Shown piece by piece: positions 44,183-48,504 of a stretch of DNA of 48,504 bases; the stretch's first letter is position 1; each line of letters begins with the position of its first letter. Made by a program: the position numbers and the translations under genes. The DNA comes from Chrysochromulina tobinii (lineage: Eukaryota): contig JWZX01003359.1 in the NCBI GenBank assembly GCA_001275005.1, forward strand, positions 1-48,504, given 5' to 3'. Below the pieces are notes generated by a model. That model did no database searches, was not told the origin of the DNA, and saw only the letters and a list, made by a program, of their open reading frames with translations.

Positions 44183-46786
44183 ATGCTGATTGGGTCGAGG
44201 ACCTTTAACCTGCTGTACCTGCTGCCGTGCACTCACGCCGACATTTTTCCGACCTTTGTCGGACCTTTGGGCCCACGAGCGGCCAATGTGGTAGAGGAAA
44301 ACGCACAGGGCACCGGCTCTTGGGGTGGAGATTGTAAATGCCCTGATGGCATAGTTTACCTCGTGGCGGATAACAACGACTACTGTTCGAGCCTCGCATG
44401 CATAGGGGGCTCATATACTGGCTGCACCCGGCGCACTTGGGGCGAATGGTCGCATCGAAGGGTGACTTGTGCTTCCGCGACCCCGCCATCTTCGAAACCA
44501 CCACCTCTCCCACCACGACCGGCAGCGTGGAGCTTAACGTCGCCACCGCCATCATCATCATCGCCACCGCCATCATCATCATCATCACCGCCGCCTCCGA
44601 AGCCGCCGCCGGCGCCGCCGGCGCCGCCCTCGGCGCCGGGCGTGCCGCTCTCAGGTGTGCTTGCCATCGTGCTGCTACTCGGCCTCCTCGGCGGCGTCAT
44701 GTGCCGCGCGCTCCGTCCTACGGCCATACCTATCGTGGCCGACGAGGAGGCGGCGGCGTGTTTGCTCTCGCCGTCGTACCTGCGAAGCAGCGGCCCGCAC
44801 GTGACGGAAGGGCCGGTGGCCACAGGACTGCAACAGGCCGTGCGTTGCCGCAACAGTCTCCTCGCCCAAGGCGATGGCCCATCCCGCGGCAGTGCCCACG
44901 ACGACGGCGTAGCACCCACTGGCGCAGGTGGCGTGGCCAGCGGCCGGGACCTCACGCCGATCCCGCTGCGCCATCCCGGCCACATGACGACAGTGCAGCT
45001 ACGCGAGGCCCTGCTCGTCGAGGGGGTGGCCTTCCGCAAGTCGGACGGCAAGCAGGCGCTGATGGCGAAGCTCATCGCGGCGCGATCGGCTAAGGCCGGT
45101 GGCGCTACTGATGGGGCTTACGCGGTGCAGTTCAAGCCCGGCGCGCCGCCCACGACGCCGCCAGCCACGCCAGCGACTTCTAAGGTAGCTCGGGAAGATG
45201 CCACGGAGCGCACACCCGACCAGTTCCTCCGGTGTGCGCAGGTTGAGAGGTTGGCGGAGGCGGCGAAGGCGGCCGAGGGGCAAGCAGCAAAGGAGGTGAT
45301 GCTATCGACGAGGGAAGCGCGCGCGGCGGCCGAGGTGCGAGCGGCAGCCGAGTTTGCACAGGCCGAGTTGGAAGCAAGCACATCCGAAACAGCGGTGGCT
45401 GAGGCTCAGAGTCGAAACCACCTCCTTACCGGTACTCGGGCTGAGGCGGACCGGCGATCCTGGAACCTGAAGGCGCACGCTGCCCGCCCGCTGCCCGCTG
45501 ATGGGATGAGCAATCAGACGACTACCGAGGCTCCGCCTGAGTGCAATGGGCGCGTCGAGCCCGAAGCACGTTCAGACTTGGCGAGGCGAACTGAGTTGCG
45601 TGCTGCGATGGAGGCAGTGGTGCAGGCGCCTGAATCGCTGCAAGTCGAGCTGCGTGCCGCGATGGTGGCTGTCGATGAGGCGCGTGCGGCGGCTGCGGCA
45701 GCCAAGGCGCGGTATGAGGCGCTGGTGGCGGAGGAGGCGGAGAAGGCAGCCCAGCCGGGGAAGGAGGAGGAGGCGCGTCTCGCGGCTGGGGCGATGGCGG
45801 ACGAGGCCCTAGCAGCGGCCGAGGCGCAAGCGGCCGATGAGGTGGCGAGGGCAGACGCAAGCCTTGTGGCACTGCGAGAGCGGAGCCCACGGACGCCTGT
45901 CGTTAGGGTCGACCTCTACTCGAAGGCCGAGGTGGAGTCTCGAGGTGGACGACAGCAGAGGAGGAGCTCCTCCTCCGCCTCTGTCGCTGAGTCGGCCACG
46001 TTGGAGGAGGCGTCGAGGGTGGAGGAGGAGCTCAGGGCAGCTGCCACGAGTGTCGTGCGTGAGGCGGCCAAGAAGCGCCTGGCGATGGCGGCCGAGGCGT
46101 GGGCGGCGGCCGAGTCGCAGGCGACTTCAGAGCTGCAAGTCGCCGTCGGAGCAGAGGCAAGGGCGGCGGTGGCGGCTGCCTGGGGGCGGCGCCAGCGCGA
46201 GGTGGGGGGGCAGTGCAACGGAGGGCGACCGCAGCGGGCTGCGAAGGTGGACGTCGATGAAGCGCGTGCGGTGGCGGCGGCAGCCAAGGCGCGGTATGAG
46301 GCGCTGGTGGCGGAGGAGGCGGAGAAGAGGCGCGAGCATGACGCGCACACCCGTCGGACGACAGCCGCAGCCTGGGCGGCCGTCGTGCCACGGGAGGTGG
46401 AGGCGGCGACGGCGCCGGAGGCCGCGGCAGCGGTGCAGGCACGAGAGCAGGCACAAGAAATTTGGTCTCGGCACGCCCAGTATTGGTCCGGAACGCAGCG
46501 GCACTGGCCTGCTCCCTGGCCCGCACCCGCCAGCACGTACGCCCCGAGCGACAGCCCCATCGAGCCGCCATCGCAGTTTTTATCGACATCTGAGCCGGCG
46601 ACGGCAAGCGACAGCCGTAGCGGCAGCCCCGATGGGCGTGCGAGAAACCCATCGAGGCAGCAACGAATGTTTGAGCGCAGCCAAGCAGCAGCCCAATGCC
46701 TCCGAGGCTCTGGTGGCGGCACCTCGCCTGCGGGCGGGAGGGGAGGACCACTTAGGGGGCCACGGTCCGCTCGCCCCTGGCGCTGA
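44183..46786 (+). CDS. Putative single-pass membrane protein: signal peptide, 6-Cys domain, Pro-rich stalk, TM, HeH/LEM-like motif, Ala/Glu coiled coil
   Basis: WGGDCKCPDG...DNNDYCSSLACIGG...C...WS..VTC domain; TM GVLAIVLLLGLLGGVM; MTTVQLREALLVEGVAFRKSDGKQALMAKL. Confidence 0.7.
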   Translation: MLIGSRTFNLLYLLPCTHADIFPTFVGPLGPRAANVVEENAQGTGSWGGDCKCPDGIVYLVADNNDYCSSLACIGGSYTGCTRRTWGEWSHRRVTCASATPPSSKPPPLPPRPAAWSLTSPPPSSSSPPPSSSSSPPPPKPPPAPPAPPSAPGVPLSGVLAIVLLLGLLGGVMCRALRPTAIPIVADEEAAACLLSPSYLRSSGPHVTEGPVATGLQQAVRCRNSLLAQGDGPSRGSAHDDGVAPTGAGGVASGRDLTPIPLRHPGHMTTVQLREALLVEGVAFRKSDGKQALMAKLIAARSAKAGGATDGAYAVQFKPGAPPTTPPATPATSKVAREDATERTPDQFLRCAQVERLAEAAKAAEGQAAKEVMLSTREARAAAEVRAAAEFAQAELEASTSETAVAEAQSRNHLLTGTRAEADRRSWNLKAHAARPLPADGMSNQTTTEAPPECNGRVEPEARSDLARRTELRAAMEAVVQAPESLQVELRAAMVAVDEARAAAAAAKARYEALVAEEAEKAAQPGKEEEARLAAGAMADEALAAAEAQAADEVARADASLVALRERSPRTPVVRVDLYSKAEVESRGGRQQRRSSSSASVAESATLEEASRVEEELRAAATSVVREAAKKRLAMAAEAWAAAESQATSELQVAVGAEARAAVAAAWGRRQREVGGQCNGGRPQRAAKVDVDEARAVAAAAKARYEALVAEEAEKRREHDAHTRRTTAAAWAAVVPREVEAATAPEAAAAVQAREQAQEIWSRHAQYWSGTQRHWPAPWPAPASTYAPSDSPIEPPSQFLSTSEPATASDSRSGSPDGRARNPSRQQRMFERSQAAAQCLRGSGGGTSPAGGRGGPLRGPRSARPWR
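45671..46327 (+). repeat. 75-bp intragenic direct repeat (45671-45745 and 46253-46327)
   Basis: VDEARAxAAAAKARYEALVAEEAEK encoded twice with 3 nucleotide differences. Confidence 0.9.
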
Positions 46787-47665
46787 GGCAGCACAGCGAC
46801 GTGAGCAGAAGCGCAGAACAGGACATCGATCATCGTGTCGGCGCGCACATGCTGCGGCCCACGCCTTCACATGATCAAGATAAAGTTGTCGTTTGGGGGG
46901 ATCGTTCCGATCATCCCCTTATCAGCTATCTCAGCGGTCCAGTCCAACTTACGTTACAGCAAGCGTATCGTTAGCGTCGCTACAAGTTACATGTTTCTAA
47001 GCGCATTGCGGAAACGCGCGGCAAAAGTCGACGGCTCGACCATGTAGCCGATACCCGTTACCGATCGAGGCGTCGGCGGCCGAACGCAAGTCGAGCCCGG
47101 CCCGCGGGAGGCCGGCGGCGGCGCACTTTTTTGTAGGCATCCGTAACCGCGTAGGGCTAGGTAGGGGGCAAGTAGGGGGGCCTTCTCACTACTCAGGTAA
47201 TTACCTCATAGCACGCATAGGCTTTGCACACTGTGGTAACACTGTGGGCGCGGCGTGTTTTCGACGTGCCGGGGCGGGCTGTCCGTGGGTCCGTGCCTTT
47301 TCGAGTTACTTTCGTCGTTTCGTGCTCGCCCGGCCCAGGGCCCCGAGCGACGTCCGACGATCCGATCGTGACGATGCGGCACGGCAGTTCCAGTTGGCAC
47401 GACGGCCAGCGGTTCCGGACGATCCCGGTTCGCCCGCGCCGCCACTCGGACGCGTGGCAAAGGCTCGAGGCAAAGGCGAGGTGGCCGCCATCGTTGTGCT
47501 TGTGGCGCCTGTACCCGTCTTGCGTCTACCGATCGCGACCGGACGGCCCGTCCGGCCCGTGCACTAGATCGCACTCGAAAGCACTCGCCGGGGGCACACA
47601 CCTAACGTAACCGGAAAACTTCTAAACGTCATACTACGGACACATGGTAAAATGGGCCTGGTGCT

Positions 47666-48504
47666 CTAATCAAACGTGACCTTCGTTCCCTGGAACTCGC
47701 GAATGCCTGACGTTTGCTTCTTGGCCTCCCAACTCGGATGGAGCTTCTCGACAGCTGGCGGCGATCCCCAAGAGCTGCCAGCACCTTTGCCGCCGTCATC
47801 CCACGCACTGCCTGCGCCCCCACCACGCCCTCCGCCCGAGCCGCCGCGCCCTCCGGTGCCTTTGCCCTTGCCGCCACCCTTGCCGCCCTTGCCGCCGCCC
47901 TTGCCGCCGCCCTTGCCGCCGCCCTTGCCGCCACCCTTGCCGCCACCCTTGCCGCCGCCCTTGCCTATTGGCTCGGTGCCCACCTTAACACCCTCCTTGA
48001 TCTGCGCCTGCTGAAGCAGCTTCTGGCGCTGGCGCTGCCCCATGCGATTGCCGCTTCTGCTGATGAGGTTCTTGCCGGGCCCGCGAGCCGTTTTAGGCTT
48101 GCCTCCCGCGTCGGCTGCACTGCCGAGCACCATCGCGCCGCTGCCCTCGTCGTCGCTGCCTGCCTCGTCCGACGCGTCTGCGCAAAGTGAGTCGAGGAAG
48201 CGACTGCAACCGTTGCTGCCGTTGCTGCCGCCGCTGCCGCCGCCGCGCACCGCAGCCTTCTTCGGTCTCTTTGCCGGCCGCTCTGACGCAGCGCTGCGAA
48301 CAGCAGTGGGGGCGCTGGCCGCAGGTATGGCGGCGGCAGCGGCGCTGTGCACAACCGGCTCCGCTCGGGGCCGCTTCTGGGCGCGAGGTGTAGGATGTGG
48401 GATCTGAGTTGGGGCGGCGTCATCAAGCTCGTCGTCCTCGTCCTCCTCTTCCTCCTCCTCCGCCTCCTCCTCCTCCTCCGCCTCCTCCTCCGCCTCCTCC
48501 TCCT
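47666..48504 (-). CDS. Bud22 / SRF-binding protein 1-like ribosome biogenesis factor, 3' part (5' end beyond window)
   Basis: NRMGQRQRQ and terminal LHPSWEAKK...FQGTKVTFD motifs; Glu-rich frame open to the window edge. Confidence 0.85.
   Translation of the reverse strand, partial: EEEAEEEAEEEEEAEEEEEEDEDDELDDAAPTQIPHPTPRAQKRPRAEPVVHSAAAAAIPAASAPTAVRSAASERPAKRPKKAAVRGGGSGGSNGSNGCSRFLDSLCADASDEAGSDDEGSGAMVLGSAADAGGKPKTARGPGKNLISRSGNRMGQRQRQKLLQQAQIKEGVKVGTEPIGKGGGKGGGKGGGKGGGKGGGKGGGKGGKGGGKGKGTGGRGGSGGGRGGGAGSAWDDGGKGAGSSWGSPPAVEKLHPSWEAKKQTSGIREFQGTKVTFD
47862..47964 (-). repeat. 12-bp coding tandem repeat (KGGG)n in the Bud22-like gene
   Basis: CCCTTGCCGCC[G/A] repeated on the + strand. 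Confidence 0.9.

Overview
GC-rich, gene-dense, intron-poor eukaryotic nuclear DNA. Short GT-AG introns with CTRAY branch points are visible, and gene content and style suggest a haptophyte-like alga (my inference). About 18 protein-coding genes are supportable: a bacterial-type aliphatic amidase (AmiE-like) split by an odd self-duplicated intron, an ~11.3-kb IP3-receptor/RyR-family channel, a GT31-like glycosyltransferase, Eco1/ESCO, an LRR/coiled-coil protein, a small FoP/UBM-motif protein, a divergent IlvA, a nucleoredoxin, a putative glycosyltransferase-like protein, an uncharacterised protein, an ATP-grasp ligase, a large FG-GAP receptor kinase, an FkbM methyltransferase, a ZDHHC23-like DHYC palmitoyltransferase, a Cys-repeat surface protein, APC10, a membrane protein with an HeH-like motif, and the 3' part of Bud22/SRFBP1. 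Several intergenic regions look like transposon relics. The best candidate for an undescribed system is the receptor kinase at ~31.4-36.1 kb. It has 14 tandem 147-bp FG-GAP blades with a near-invariant DNA framework, two hypervariable loops per blade and a patchwork of shared variants, all coupled to a non-RD (HHD) TKL kinase. This resembles a shuffling, diversified pattern-recognition receptor. Also notable are a non-canonical pore filter in the IP3R-like channel, an Introner-like intron, and degenerate catalytic motifs in IlvA and the DHHC protein. All calls come from reading motifs by eye; no searches were run.
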